From a virus, in IMG/VR virus record IMGVR_UViG_3300024999_000040, positions 64,001-128,000 of that record: DNA of 64,000 nucleotides. One strand, 5' to 3'. The notes under the pieces are model-generated. The model did no database searches. It was not told the origin of the DNA and saw only the letters and a list, made by a program, of their open reading frames with translations. This document shows, piece by piece, positions 8,822 through 20,238 of this stretch. How positions within the stretch are numbered: position 1 is the first letter of the stretch; each line of letters begins with the position of its first letter. The translations under genes and the position numbers were made by a program.

Positions 8822-10732
8822 TTAATCATCCATAGAATACCATTTTCTACTATAATATTCTTCTCTTCTTTCTTTACTATAATTATTTGTGGCAACAAGG
8901 AAACCAACAATGCGACTGTATTCATCTGTTTTTCCTTCACCACAAGTAGGACATATATTTCCAAAGAATCCATGATTGTGTTGACATACAGATATTTTAG
9001 GATTATATGCAAAATACAATACACCTGATTTTGCAATATGATTTAAAAGATTCCAAGATTGTTCCTCGTTTGCAAATTTCCCTTGTAGAGATACATGCAT
9101 TATTTGACCTCCACCACACTTTTTATCAAGTATAGCACCTAGTCTAATTTTTTCTTCAAGGGTACATTTTTCCATCAAGGGTATCCATTGATTTGAATAA
9201 ATAAAGTGTTTTTTTCTATCAAATAACATATTATCTTTTTTACATAACTTTATGTTGGCAGTTTCGGCAGGTATTATTTCAACTCCTATGTTATAACCTA
9301 AATTATAAGAATCTTGAACATCATTTATTGTATCCATTATTTTTATTGAGAAATCAATACCTTCAGGTGTGTAGTATTTATTGCCAAACTCATCAGCATA
9401 GATCATACCTAATTCGTCAATTACTTCATACATTGCTGTAGCACCATTAGTAACAGACTGGTTTTCTAATTTAATAACTCCATTTGAATAATTAGGTAAT
9501 AATCCTTTTTCAATATTGCGTTTAATAATATGTCTTACCGTATCTAATACCTCAATATTCAATCTAACCCTTTGTTCAAGCAATTGTAAATACAAATCTT
9601 TATCGCCATTGCTTTCAAGGGCTATTCTCATGAGATTAATAGTACTTACCTTTACTGAACCTATTTCAGTTAGGCTACCACCTATTGATGATAAAAACTG
9701 CTTGTTAAGTTTACTAATATCATTAGTCATTCTACAACAAGAAGCTAAATTAGTCACAGAATCACCAATATAGAAATTACTATCATACCATTCCATATTA
9801 TGACGATTTGACCATTGAGCAAATTCTTCATCAACAAACTTTCCATTTTGATAAAGTAAACTAAAAGTTAAAACAGGAAATGTAAGCATAACTGTTTTAC
9901 GTGTTTCTGACACAACTTCCATAAATACTTTTTGATGTTCAATAATTTCTTCAAGATAATCTATTACATATGTACCATCTGGATATTGTCTATCTCCAAA
10001 TATTTCAGATATATAATTTCTATCCATGATAATAATATTTGTAAATGGACTTTGAGTAATTCTTCCATGTATTTGATTAATTTCGAAAATAAACTGTTGG
10101 AAAAATTGTCTTCTATAATAATCTGGATTCTTTAAAAAATACTCTTGTGCTACATCATTTTTCCAAAAATAATATGAATAGATAAAAAACGAAGGTAATG
10201 CACATGCACCTGAAGTACGATTTGATACCCAAACAATAAATTCTCTTAAATGAGCAGCAAACGTGGTTAAATGCTTTGCAACTGATTTATTAGTTTTAGG
10301 TAAGAAGTGCAATCCTTTTTCAACCAAATCCTGTAATTCGTAAGCATAGCAGTAACTATAAAAACTTGAACTAGGAGCATCGTGCATATATAAAGCACCT
10401 GTCCATTCTGCTTCAAGCCATTCTTCTGCTCTTTTTAATCCATATTTCTTTATCATTTCATAGAATATTTTATTAAATGACAAAAGTTTTGTATGGGGCT
10501 TATCTATTTCTGATAGTAATGATCTTACATCTTTTACACTACTATTTGCGTTACTATCTATTGTGGCATCTACAGGATTATTTGTATCTACAAAATTATC
10601 TATGAAATCTGTAAAATTTAGGTTACTTGAATGAAACCCATTGATTTTTTCAAATTCTTCTCCATATTTTTCAGAAAGTTTATTATAACAAGCCACAAAA
10701 TTTTTATTAAGTTTAAGTCCTTTTATGTCCAT
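8822..10732 (-). CDS. nrdD: class III ribonucleotide reductase without ATP cone
   Basis: YMHD, YC, QSPFTN, TFPV, SCCR, PAE, C-terminal Zn site and SRIVGFL glycyl-radical motif. Confidence 0.93.
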   Translation of the reverse strand: MDIKGLKLNKNFVACYNKLSEKYGEEFEKINGFHSSNLNFTDFIDNFVDTNNPVDATIDSNANSSVKDVRSLLSEIDKPHTKLLSFNKIFYEMIKKYGLKRAEEWLEAEWTGALYMHDAPSSSFYSYCYAYELQDLVEKGLHFLPKTNKSVAKHLTTFAAHLREFIVWVSNRTSGACALPSFFIYSYYFWKNDVAQEYFLKNPDYYRRQFFQQFIFEINQIHGRITQSPFTNIIIMDRNYISEIFGDRQYPDGTYVIDYLEEIIEHQKVFMEVVSETRKTVMLTFPVLTFSLLYQNGKFVDEEFAQWSNRHNMEWYDSNFYIGDSVTNLASCCRMTNDISKLNKQFLSSIGGSLTEIGSVKVSTINLMRIALESNGDKDLYLQLLEQRVRLNIEVLDTVRHIIKRNIEKGLLPNYSNGVIKLENQSVTNGATAMYEVIDELGMIYADEFGNKYYTPEGIDFSIKIMDTINDVQDSYNLGYNIGVEIIPAETANIKLCKKDNMLFDRKKHFIYSNQWIPLMEKCTLEEKIRLGAILDKKCGGGQIMHVSLQGKFANEEQSWNLLNHIAKSGVLYFAYNPKISVCQHNHGFFGNICPTCGEGKTDEYSRIVGFLVATNNYSKERREEYYSRKWYSMDD

Positions 10733-10733
10733 T

Positions 10734-10934
10734 CTATATCTCCTTGATCCAATTAATTGCGTCTAAATAATTAAGTACTTTATTATCTATTTCTATCATT
10801 GGTACACTTCTAAATCCCTTTGCCTTCATAACTTCAATATCAGAATTTGTTGAATATACAATTCCTTTTTCTTCTAGTTTTGCTTTCAATATCTTACATT
10901 TTGGACATTCGGTTGTATATAAAATTACCGCCAA
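10734..10934 (-). CDS. glutaredoxin/NrdH-like redoxin
   Basis: CPKC active site, SVP cis-Pro motif. Confidence 0.85.
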   Translation of the reverse strand: MAVILYTTECPKCKILKAKLEEKGIVYSTNSDIEVMKAKGFRSVPMIEIDNKVLNYLDAINWIKEI

Positions 10935-11694
10935 AATTCTGCCTCCTATTATATATTATTATTTTCTTCAATTTTCTCACTTTCACTTTCTCTTACTGCT
11001 CTACCATCCACTTCAGTAAAGAAATGATAATTATCATGTATGCAAACATAACTTAAATCAGCATAACCCTGATTCTGTGAATTAGGAGACACACCAATTG
11101 CTCTCCAACATTCGTTCTTTCGTTCACAATGTTCTGAAATACAAAAACTAAGTCCCAATATTATATCACCTCTATTCTGCTCTATATCCGCATTCTTCAC
11201 AGACTAATACTGCACAACGTTCATAAACTATTCTGCCCATATACTCTCTCGGTTCTCTCCATGTATCCCAATGCATCTCATTGCCACATATTGGACAATA
11301 CCATTCTTCTTCTGAATACATATCATTTTCTTCATTCATTTTATAATATTATCACCTGCTTTCTATTCCTTCATTTTATTATTAACTACATTCCAATCTT
11401 GAGAAGTACATATTTTCTTGTTCTCTGTGTGATTGTACAAAGACCAGATATTATTGTGAAGAGTAATAATAAAAACAGAATTTCCCACTAACTCCTGTTG
11501 CATTATTTCTTCATTTTTATATTTCTTTGATTTTACATGCTCAAAAATATTGATCACCTCTGTTGCCAATTGAAATAAATTCTACCGCACTTCTTACAAG
11601 TAGCTTTCTTATCTTTAAACCAATTCAAATCTTCATCTTTACATCCAGTAAAAGTATGTATTATAAAATAAATTAACCACATAAAATACTCCTT

Positions 11695-11892
11695 TTAGAT
11701 ACAAATATTTGCTTCTTTCAATAATCTTTTAGCTAATGGTCTTGATAATTCTCTACCATGAAAAGGCAATGTAATTATCCTATTACAACCATTTTTCACA
11801 AATGATACATGAGTACCACCATGACTACGGTGCCAGCCATTTGATATTAAAATTCCAGTAAATTCTCTAGGTGAAAATCCTTGCATACGCAT
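11695..11892 (-). CDS. hicA: HicA-family mRNA interferase-like protein
   Basis: L..NGW...GGTH..F......ITLPFH..EL......LLKEA. Confidence 0.75.
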   Translation of the reverse strand: MRMQGFSPREFTGILISNGWHRSHGGTHVSFVKNGCNRIITLPFHGRELSRPLAKRLLKEANICI

Positions 11893-12096
11893 ATTATGTA
11901 TTCTCCTTTCTATATTATATTTTCTTTATTTAACTTTTTGTTTTTTCTTTTAAAATTTGTTTGCATTCTTGAATACTTTCATCAATAGAGCAATTATTTT
12001 TACCAGATAAAACAATTAATTCTGCTATGAACATAACATCTTTATCGGGTATTTTTTCTGTATCAATTTTAATAATCATTTATATATTACCTTTCT

Positions 12097-12118
12097 CAAT
12101 AAAATGTATTTTCTATTG
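12097..12118. repeat. 8-6-8 boundary site
   Basis: caataaaa-tgtatt-ttctattg; stop codon at 12113. Confidence 0.75.
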
Positions 12119-12505
12119 GGTTTGTTCCTGATTCAATCTTTCACATTCTTTTTCGGCTTCTTCTCTGTTTATAAATAACTTATCTTCCGAAATATCATTC
12201 ATTAAATCAAAAGTATCATACTCTCCTGAAAAATATGAAAGATTATAATAAAATCCATCTCTTAAATTTTCAATATATAATCCAGTAACTACATAAGGAC
12301 AAAATTTATCAACAGAAAATTCTATATATTCTTCTCTTGTTTTACCTATGCCATTACATCTAGAACAATCTAAATTGAAAGTTTCTATTAATACTTTTCC
12401 TGTACCATTACAAGTATTACAGTCTATAATAGCACCTTTTTTCTTATTGCACTGAATTCTATATACTTCATTACCGAAGTTAAACTTAGGTTTTGGTAGT
12501 TGCAT
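12113..12505 (-). CDS. CxxCxGxG zinc-finger protein (paralog of 19094 and 40161)
   Basis: KFNFGNEVY, CNTCNGTG, CSRCNGIG, LF..REEAE. Confidence 0.7.
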   Translation of the reverse strand: MQLPKPKFNFGNEVYRIQCNKKKGAIIDCNTCNGTGKVLIETFNLDCSRCNGIGKTREEYIEFSVDKFCPYVVTGLYIENLRDGFYYNLSYFSGEYDTFDLMNDISEDKLFINREEAEKECERLNQEQTQ

Positions 12506-12716
12506 ATTTTAATTCCTCTTTTCTCGAAATACTTTGAATGCATTCTTTTATTGTTCTACTTTTCTTCACATACTTCAACATTAATTTCACAAACAAAATC
12601 ATAAGTATCATATTTTGAAATAACGTCTAATAATTCTTGTAACTGTTCGTAGCCTTTACATTCATAACTTTCGCCTTCTCTTTTAATTGTAAATTTTAAC
12701 ATAACCTACTCCTTTC

Positions 12717-13106
12717 TTACCACTTTCTAGTATCCGTAAAATCAATTTCACATTTACACTGAGAACATACACCTGTAACATAACCACCTATACCGGTATT
12801 ACCTTCAAATAGTTCTAATGGAATTTTACAAGTATTACAATTAGCATATATCTTACCTTCATATGTATCTGTATATCCATCTGCCTTACCTTTATATTCC
12901 ATTTCTTTGTGTTGATCTAAAAACCAATTAGCAGACATTGAATTTGATTGAACTGCTTTAAGTTTTCTTAGTTCTTCATTTAAGCTATTTTCTTCTTGTT
13001 GTAAAATTTCTCTCCTAAATTGTGTGTTTTGAACTTCTTTCCATAGATTATCATCTTCTGTTTCTATGGATACTAACCGATTTTGGATTTCTATAATTCT
13101 ATCCAT
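12717..13106 (-). CDS. coiled-coil + zinc-ribbon hypothetical protein
   Basis: heptad-rich N-terminus, CNTC/CSQC. Confidence 0.6.
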   Translation of the reverse strand: MDRIIEIQNRLVSIETEDDNLWKEVQNTQFRREILQQEENSLNEELRKLKAVQSNSMSANWFLDQHKEMEYKGKADGYTDTYEGKIYANCNTCKIPLELFEGNTGIGGYVTGVCSQCKCEIDFTDTRKW

Positions 13107-13114
13107 ATTTTCTC

Positions 13115-13531
13115 CTAATCAACCGTTGTAACTTCAACAGGCAAAATCATTTTTGGATTAAAGTTAATTTGATACTTATATTTGTTTATGGTAGTAGTAC
13201 CTAAATCCTCAACTATATAGCTAATGTCTTTTGATAAAAATACAAAATGTTTGTAGAAAGTACCATTTTCATTTTCACCTATAACAGCTAAATCACCATC
13301 AGTTTCTTTCTCGATTGAAAAATTACCTGTCATTTGAAATAGAATTGCTGTATTACCGTCCTCTGCTCTTGTGTTTATTACTGTCAATTTTCTTGCAACG
13401 TTGAAATTGTCTGCTTGCAATGAAAGATTGTAACTGACAGTATTTGCTTGACGTTGTTCACAACCCGAGAATACCAATATTGACATAATTGCTACGAGTG
13501 TGATAATAACATTCCTTTTTGATTTAAACAT
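13115..13531 (-). CDS. phage lipoprotein
   Basis: basic N-terminus, hydrophobic stretch, lipobox FSGC. Confidence 0.75.
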   Translation of the reverse strand: MFKSKRNVIITLVAIMSILVFSGCEQRQANTVSYNLSLQADNFNVARKLTVINTRAEDGNTAILFQMTGNFSIEKETDGDLAVIGENENGTFYKHFVFLSKDISYIVEDLGTTTINKYKYQINFNPKMILPVEVTTVD

Positions 13532-13580
13532 GATTTTTCTCCTTTATTATTTTAATTTTATTTGGTACAATTTTATTTTC

Positions 13581-13602
13581 CTTTAAATTCAACATTTCAT
13601 TA
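13581..13602. repeat. 8-6-8 boundary site
   Basis: ctttaaat-tcaaca-tttcatta. Confidence 0.5.
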
Positions 13603-13604
13603 TC

Positions 13605-14003
13605 TTATGTCTTATTTATTTCAATTATAATATTTTCAATAATATCCTCTGTATTTTCTATCATGAAAAACGTCGGATGGTTGTTTGTTTCATCCATCCA
13701 TCTTTCCAATGCTTCATTAAGCATATCTTCAAGTTTCTGTTTTTCTTCTTTAGTATAATCTAGATATCCTTCTGAACATTCACCACATTGATCATAAGCA
13801 TTTTCTGAAATATAATCTAATACATTATCAACATCAATACTTGGAATAAAACAAGTTATTTGACCTACCTGATACGATTCCTCTTCTCTTTCTATTGCTT
13901 CTGCTCTACCTGTTTCAATAGCCTCTTCCCTTGTTTCAAAAAATTCACATTCATCCCAATGTTCTTCATCACCAAAATTGTACATCCATTGTCCTGTTTT
14001 CAT
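13605..14003 (-). CDS. acidic phage hypothetical protein
   Basis: FETREEAI..G pattern; RBS. Confidence 0.65.
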   Translation of the reverse strand: MKTGQWMYNFGDEEHWDECEFFETREEAIETGRAEAIEREEESYQVGQITCFIPSIDVDNVLDYISENAYDQCGECSEGYLDYTKEEKQKLEDMLNEALERWMDETNNHPTFFMIENTEDIIENIIIEINKT

Positions 14004-14237
14004 AATTTTATATTTCCTTTCTTTAACTTACTTTTACAATATGAAATGTTGTTTTACATTTTGGACAAATAAATTTCAAACCATTATCTCTACTATATTC
14101 AAAACTCATTGTATCAATATCCATTGATTGAACGATATTTCCATTATCATCTTCAAACATATAATCCATATATGCTCTTTGACCACAATCACAAGTAATG
14201 TTTATCATATTTATATTCCTTTCTTTCGTCATAAATA

Positions 14238-14537
14238 TTATATACTTTTTATAATCAACTCTAATCTACCACCAAGCAATTCCAACAATTTCTTAGTAAA
14301 AGCCTTATCATCATCTGAATCCATACATTCCATACTTGCGGTTAATATTAATTCTTCTTCTGGATTTTTAAAGTCTTCTCCGTCATTACCACTTCTCTTT
14401 ACAATATCAAGCGTTCCAAATCCAATTGTAGAACTCCAATAGATACGCATACCACCTTTATTGTACTTATGTTTGCTCCAGAAATCTATATTATCTATTT
14501 GTAGGTTGATATTATTTACATCGTTTTTTCTTGGCAT
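14238..14537 (-). CDS. hypothetical protein
   Basis: WSSTIGFG...SMECMD; RBS GAAAGGA. Confidence 0.6.
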   Translation of the reverse strand: MPRKNDVNNINLQIDNIDFWSKHKYNKGGMRIYWSSTIGFGTLDIVKRSGNDGEDFKNPEEELILTASMECMDSDDDKAFTKKLLELLGGRLELIIKSI

Positions 14538-14558
14538 AGTTTTATCCTTTCTTTTACC

Positions 14559-14633
14559 TTATGAAATAGGATATATATTGGGTATACCATATATAGCATC
14601 AAAAATAAATTTTATATACTATATATGGTATGG
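14559..14633. repeat. 8-6-8 site fused to long inverted repeat (copy 1 of 3)
   Basis: ttatgaaa-taggat-atatattg followed by TACCATATATAG...CTATATATGGTA. Confidence 0.7.
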
Positions 14634-14642
14634 TTTTTTATA

Positions 14643-15266
14643 TTACTTTATCTCGTCATTCCAGTTATCTTGTATTTCTCCATCAGTTCTATAACTAGCA
14701 ACAGATTTACTAACGCTAGAATACAACGTTCCAATACCACGACTGTTTGCTGTATAATTCGAAGCAAACTGTCCAGATATTCCAAAATTCTGAGCCGTTG
14801 ATACAGCATCAATATTTGCACCAAGAAATAAGAACTTCCAACTATAGTTGTTTGTTTGATGCTTAATCATTTCCTTAACTTTACTTTGGGTAAATTCTTT
14901 ACTGGAATTTTCTTGACCATCTGTAGTAATTACAAAAATAACTTTAGAAGGTTTGTCTTCCTCTTTTGTCTTACTTAGTCTGTCACCTACAGTATTAATT
15001 GTTTTGCCTATAGCGTCTAATAATGCTGTCATTCCTCTTGCTGAATATTCTTTAGTTGTAAGTAGTTTTACTGCTTTAATGTCTACCCCATTATGAAGTA
15101 TTTCATATTGATCATCAAACAGTATTGTAGTGAGTATAGCTTCTCCGTCTTCCTGTTTCTGAATTTCAATAAATGAATTAAATCCACCTATTGTATCAGT
15201 TACTAAGTTACTCATAGAGCCACTTCTGTCGAGGATGAATACGATTTCAGTTAAATTGTCTTTCAT
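14643..15266 (-). CDS. von Willebrand factor A domain protein
   Basis: LDRSGSM MIDAS motif, GMTALLDA, ITTDGQEN, FLGAN. Confidence 0.92.
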   Translation of the reverse strand: MKDNLTEIVFILDRSGSMSNLVTDTIGGFNSFIEIQKQEDGEAILTTILFDDQYEILHNGVDIKAVKLLTTKEYSARGMTALLDAIGKTINTVGDRLSKTKEEDKPSKVIFVITTDGQENSSKEFTQSKVKEMIKHQTNNYSWKFLFLGANIDAVSTAQNFGISGQFASNYTANSRGIGTLYSSVSKSVASYRTDGEIQDNWNDEIK

Positions 15267-15302
15267 GTTTTCTTAATCTCCTTTTATATTAATTTAATTT
15301 TA

Positions 15303-15324
15303 CTTTAAAATTTCCGTTTCGTTG
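15303..15324. repeat. 8-6-8 boundary site
   Basis: ctttaaaa-tttccg-tttcgttg. Confidence 0.6.
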
Positions 15325-15325
15325 A

Positions 15326-15766
15326 CTATTTAAGTTTAAAGTTAAAACTTCCACTTATTATATGTATACAATCGCATTTTCTTTTGTATTTAAATAATAC
15401 ATAAACATCACAATCGTTTGTTGGAATGGCAAACTTTTTCCCTATTGGTCTTATAGTATGTAGTGTTCCATCAGATGTTTGCACCTCAATATCTCCAATA
15501 ATTTCTTTATCGTGTGGTAATTCTCCAATACCTTTATTTAATGGAATTGTCATTTGATGAAAAAGTTCAACCTTTTTATTTTCTTCTATAAGCATCCAAT
15601 TATTAATACATAGTATACAATTAGTCATATTTAAAAATACCGGTTCTTTATCATTATCCCATACAATACTTCCATTAATGCATTTGACTTTTAAAGTCGA
15701 ATCTTCAATAACTGCTTTTAAGTTTGGATTTTTTCTTAATTCAATTATCATTTCTAAAGTATTCAT
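15326..15766 (-). CDS. hypothetical protein
   Basis: ORF with RBS AAAGGAG. Confidence 0.6.
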   Translation of the reverse strand: MNTLEMIIELRKNPNLKAVIEDSTLKVKCINGSIVWDNDKEPVFLNMTNCILCINNWMLIEENKKVELFHQMTIPLNKGIGELPHDKEIIGDIEVQTSDGTLHTIRPIGKKFAIPTNDCDVYVLFKYKRKCDCIHIISGSFNFKLK

Positions 15767-15808
15767 ACTATTATTATACTCCTTTAGTTAAAAATATTCA
15801 ATACCTAT

Positions 15809-16216
15809 TTATACAAACATAGCCAACACCAACAGCACCATCTCATGTAATCTATGATCTATTCCTATATGCATAAATCCAAATGTCTGATAATCGTTTA
15901 TCTGTTCCCAACTCATACCTTTGAATCTCATAATCCATTTAACAGGGATTCTAGTGTCTATAAGTAAATGTGATATAAACAACACATCCCATATGAATGA
16001 AAATTGCTGATAGTTAAAATCAAATATAAACAGTAGGGCAGTTGAAGTTAATGCCGAATAAATAAAACTATGGCTCACTACTGCTATAGTAGCCTTTAAA
16101 CAATTATCCATAGTCCATTTACTTTTATTAACTGCTTGCCAGTTCCATTGAAATATCCAATCAACGAATAGGCTTATGAAATATGCTACTACTAGGAATT
16201 CTATATTTATATTCAT
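15809..16216 (-). CDS. DUF3307-like membrane protein
   Basis: DWIFQ..WQA..K, H..IY, SHLLID, ID..LH; hydrophobic helices. Confidence 0.75.
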   Translation of the reverse strand: MNINIEFLVVAYFISLFVDWIFQWNWQAVNKSKWTMDNCLKATIAVVSHSFIYSALTSTALLFIFDFNYQQFSFIWDVLFISHLLIDTRIPVKWIMRFKGMSWEQINDYQTFGFMHIGIDHRLHEMVLLVLAMFV

Positions 16217-16516
16217 TTAGTTTAACCTCACTTACTTTTATAATTATCTTTCTTTCCACCATCATAAATCCTTTTGCAACCAACACAATTAGATACTGCC
16301 TTTGATCTTAAATCAACATCTTCATATTTACAACCTTTACAAGTTAATTTTCCCATTTAGTTTAATCTCCAAATTTTTTCCCATAATTTAATACAATGAT
16401 ATTGAAAATTATACCATATCCATTTCCATTTAGGTGTAGGTTTACCTATATTATCAAGAATCTCATTAACTGGTTTTAATATTATTTTGTCAGTCATTTT
16501 TTATTTTCCCCTCAGG

Positions 16517-16538
16517 CAATAAAATTCAAATTTCATTC
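16517..16538. repeat. 8-6-8 boundary site
   Basis: caataaaa-ttcaaa-tttcattc. Confidence 0.7.
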
Positions 16539-16955
16539 GCTTGTAATATTTCAATTATTTTATCTGAATCATATTGTTTTCTTAAAGTATTTTTCGCAAT
16601 ATCAGACATAATCCCCATAGTACTTACCGCTATAATTAAATCTCTATCATTATTTTTATATTTGTCACATATTGCTATCATCTGAGTTTTAATAGACTCA
16701 AATATTTCATCTACATGATCATCTTGTGCTTCATATTTTTTATTTGGTTTATCATCAAATGTTACTATCATATATTTTCCTTTCTTAGACCTTTAATCTT
16801 TTCTCCACAACTACTACAAAATTTATCCATAGGGCTTAAGCCACCACATTTACATTTATTACAATAATATAATGTTGAAAGTTTTCCATCTGATGGAGGG
16901 AAAATAATAATTTCTTTATATAATATCTCTGCCATACTTATTGTTCCTTTCTAGG

Positions 16956-16977
16956 CAATAAAATTGCCAGTTCAATC
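16956..16977. repeat. 8-6-8 boundary site
   Basis: caataaaa-ttgcca-gttcaatc. Confidence 0.55.
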
Positions 16978-17288
16978 ATTTATTTCTATACATCTTTTGT
17001 AAAAGACCATCCTCAAACTCATATTCAAATAATTTGCAATCTTCACAGAAATAATAGGCTTCATCACCTTCGCTAAATCCAGCACAATTATATCCACCAA
17101 ATGAACCTTTCCTATATTCTATATTGTTGTGATTGCAATTTTTCTGTTTAATTAATTTATCTATACTATACATATGGATTCTCCTTTCAAATGGCCACCT
17201 CAAGACTTTTATTACAAACATATTACAATACTTCATTTGAGGTACTTTTATTACAGAAATATTACAAAGCGTTATTATATGTACTTTA

Positions 17289-17612
17289 TTACCTTTCACT
17301 CAAGTCTTTAAACATTTCTTTACAATAACAATTATCACACAAACAATAATCTTTCATTTCAACATGTCTATATTTCTTAGGCTGCGGATAAAATATACCA
17401 GTATGTCTATATTTTAAACCGCACTCTATACAATTTTTGTATTCTATTTTTCTAGCACTATATGTAGGATCAAATTCAACCTGCACTTCAAATTCTTCTT
17501 CACATTACTGACAAGTCCAATCTAAAGTATTATCTGAAGATAATCCATCACATAGAGCATCGGTCATATCATTCTCATATTCACAATAAGGACATTCTAC
17601 TGTATTGTACAT
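17289..17612 (-). pseudogene. Zn-finger gene with in-frame TAA
   Basis: RBS AGGAG, MYNTVECPYC...WTCQ*CEEEFEVQVEFDP; stop at 17505-17507 splits a CxxC motif. Confidence 0.7.
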
Positions 17613-18249
17613 TGTTTTTATATCTCTCCTTTACATTGTTTGATTATACAAACTTTCCATTGCTTTTAGAACACTTTCGTATCCATAGAAATTATCTTCT
17701 ATTGGAAACAATACTCTACTAAATACTGAACTAAGATGTTTACATGTAAGAAGTATATACTGATCACTTTTATTATCCCTGATATTTCTATCGAATAAAA
17801 GGCTTATAAAAAATATAGGCTTACATTCATCGGTTAACCAGTGTTTTTCAGTTAATTCATTTACTTCATTTCTTAAAGAATCTATAATACTATTTCCCCA
17901 TGTTCTATCTTCATATGTGATCATAATTATTCATCCCATCCATCCAAATTACCATTCCAATTTTGATACTCTTCAAAATATGAAAACTTATTTACTGAAA
18001 TTTGCTTATTATATTCATCAATAGCTGATTTTGCCTTTAATATTATACTTTCTTTATTATAATACATATCTGTCCATGAATAATTATATGGAGCAATATT
18101 TTTACCGTTTACCTGAAAAATATTAATATTATGATGAGTCTTACCGTTTATACCTCTTTCAGTTGCAAAATTATAATCTATTGCATATGTATTGTTTTTG
18201 TAGGTTATAGTTTTCTTTAAGTCCATTTATATCTCCACCTTTCTTTATC

Positions 18250-18271
18250 CAATAAAACTGCAATTTCATCG
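18250..18271. repeat. 8-6-8 boundary site
   Basis: caataaaa-ctgcaa-tttcatcg. Confidence 0.8.
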
Positions 18272-18627
18272 ACTTTGTTTTATTTTTAATTCAAGTTCTC
18301 TTTTTGAGTGCCATAACATATGACTATATGCAAAATACGTTCCTGGTTTATTTAAAATTGCAGTAAATAAAAATGTTAAGCCATCAATAATTTGCAATAG
18401 TCCATTGATAAAATAATAAATCCTTCTCTTCATAATTTATCTCCAAAAGTCTATCAAATTAAGATTTTAAGTTATAAACGTCAATATTATAACCTTCAGA
18501 TAATGTTCTTTCAATGTTATCCATTTGTAATCTGACACGATTATATGATTTAAATGATTCATGTTTGTTAAGTAATTTATTTGCTGTTTTATTTAATTGT
18601 TTCCATGATTCAATTAATTCTTTTGAC

Positions 18628-19056
18628 TTATCCATTCTTTAGTTCCTCTCTCACTCTCATCAATATCTTACCTAACTTATTCTGACCTCTACCACTACAT
18701 ACACCCCAATAAGTATCATTCCAGCTATTACCTTCAATTAATTCGGCATCACCTGTATTAATGAGCATTTGCTTTAAATACTTAATATTGAATTTAGCCT
18801 TAACAACGTTATACATAACGTCATCTTTTATTTGTTCCCAATCTTGTCTTAGTTGTACTTTTCTACCTAACTTCTTAGCATCTGAAGCACTAAGATTACA
18901 AAATTGTTTTCTATTGTTTTTATCTATTATTTTTACAGATTGAAATGCGGCTTCAGCATTATTGTAAAACAATCCATCATATTCAATTTGATATGATATA
19001 TCTTCATAAAAATTACTTAAAAAATAATATTGTCCTCTGAATTCATTTATTAGCAT
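18628..19056 (-). CDS. NADAR (YbiA-like) family protein
   Basis: FLSNFY, EAAFQ..K, AKKLGR, DW..IK..VM, KF, TG...LIE, DTYWG, GQNKLG.ILM.VR. Confidence 0.93.
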   Translation of the reverse strand: MLINEFRGQYYFLSNFYEDISYQIEYDGLFYNNAEAAFQSVKIIDKNNRKQFCNLSASDAKKLGRKVQLRQDWEQIKDDVMYNVVKAKFNIKYLKQMLINTGDAELIEGNSWNDTYWGVCSGRGQNKLGKILMRVREELKNG

Positions 19057-19077
19057 TTTTATATCTCCTTAATTTCA

Positions 19078-19099
19078 CAATGAAATAAATCTTTTATTT
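19078..19099. repeat. 8-6-8 boundary site
   Basis: caatgaaa-taaatc-ttttattt; stop codon at 19094. Confidence 0.75.
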
Positions 19100-19495
19100 A
19101 CTCTTTTCAATATTTTCATTTTTATTTCTATCATCACATTCGTTTTGAGCTTCTTCTAATGTTTTAAAACAATCCTTTTCATAAAAATAATTTCCAGAAT
19201 TACCCCAAGGGAAATAAGCAATTTTAGTTTCCTTTTTAGTAACTTCAATATCTATTCTATGAATTTTGTTAAAACTAGTATATTTATTCTCCGCAATTCT
19301 CCAGCATTGAGGTTCTATTATTGTCCTAGTTCCAGAACCATAACATTCAGGGCAAATAAACTTCTTTTCTGATATATTAATTTCACATTCACCTTTGCAA
19401 ACATCACAAGTAACTGTTTTCTCTTCGGTATTTTGCCATATTATAAATATATATTCTCCTATTGACAACTTTGTATTAATATCCATAATTAACAA
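19094..19495 (-). CDS. CxxCxGxG zinc-finger protein (paralog of 12113)
   Basis: CDVCKG, CPECYGSG, CF.TLEEAQ.EC. Confidence 0.7.
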   Translation of the reverse strand: MLIMDINTKLSIGEYIFIIWQNTEEKTVTCDVCKGECEINISEKKFICPECYGSGTRTIIEPQCWRIAENKYTSFNKIHRIDIEVTKKETKIAYFPWGNSGNYFYEKDCFKTLEEAQNECDDRNKNENIEKSK

Positions 19496-19761
19496 TCTCC
19501 TTCCAAATCGGACATTCGTTTAGTTTATTCCATCAATCCTTTTACGCCAACAATTCAAACACAAATCTTCTTCTTTAACAATCGGTTCAGATGTTGTAAT
19601 CATGTCTCTAAAATTAAGTATGATTTTTCCGCATCCATCACAGATTTCTTCCCATGACCACCACTGACTTACATCTGGAATATTAGAATCTGGATTATAT
19701 TTTACTTTCTGAATATTGTTTTTCATATTAACCTCTCAACAAAACAAACTTTATTATGTTT

Positions 19762-20238
19762 TTATTTTATTTCAAAATCTCTTTTAATAAACTCTTTATA
19801 TTCATCATAAGTAAAAGCCTTGCTACCATCCCAAGCATGTATCAAATCAGTTCTCATTTGATACATAGTACCTTGACCTTGAGCAGTTCTTATGAGAATG
19901 TTTAATCCTTTGAAAACCAAGCAACAATTTTCTTCTTCAAAATAAGAACTTTCTATATTACTAATCATTGCTTTATTTGCATAGTCAATCATATTTGAAC
20001 ACAACTTACAAAAGTTTAATTCTGAAAACTCATATTTTTCTGTATTATATAATATATCTTCATTATCAATATAATCTTCTTTATTGAGTAAATGTTGATA
20101 TACTAAATCCATAATATTATCTTGTTTTTCCATTATAAATTTCTCATTCTGTAATTCTTGTTCAATCATATCTTGAATACAACCATCAATAAATTCTTGT
20201 TTCTCTTCTTCGGTTTTAAATAAATCTGTAAAGTTCAT
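19762..20238 (-). CDS. hypothetical protein
   Basis: start revised to MNFTD after RBS AAGGAAGGA. Confidence 0.6.
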   Translation of the reverse strand: MNFTDLFKTEEEKQEFIDGCIQDMIEQELQNEKFIMEKQDNIMDLVYQHLLNKEDYIDNEDILYNTEKYEFSELNFCKLCSNMIDYANKAMISNIESSYFEEENCCLVFKGLNILIRTAQGQGTMYQMRTDLIHAWDGSKAFTYDEYKEFIKRDFEIK

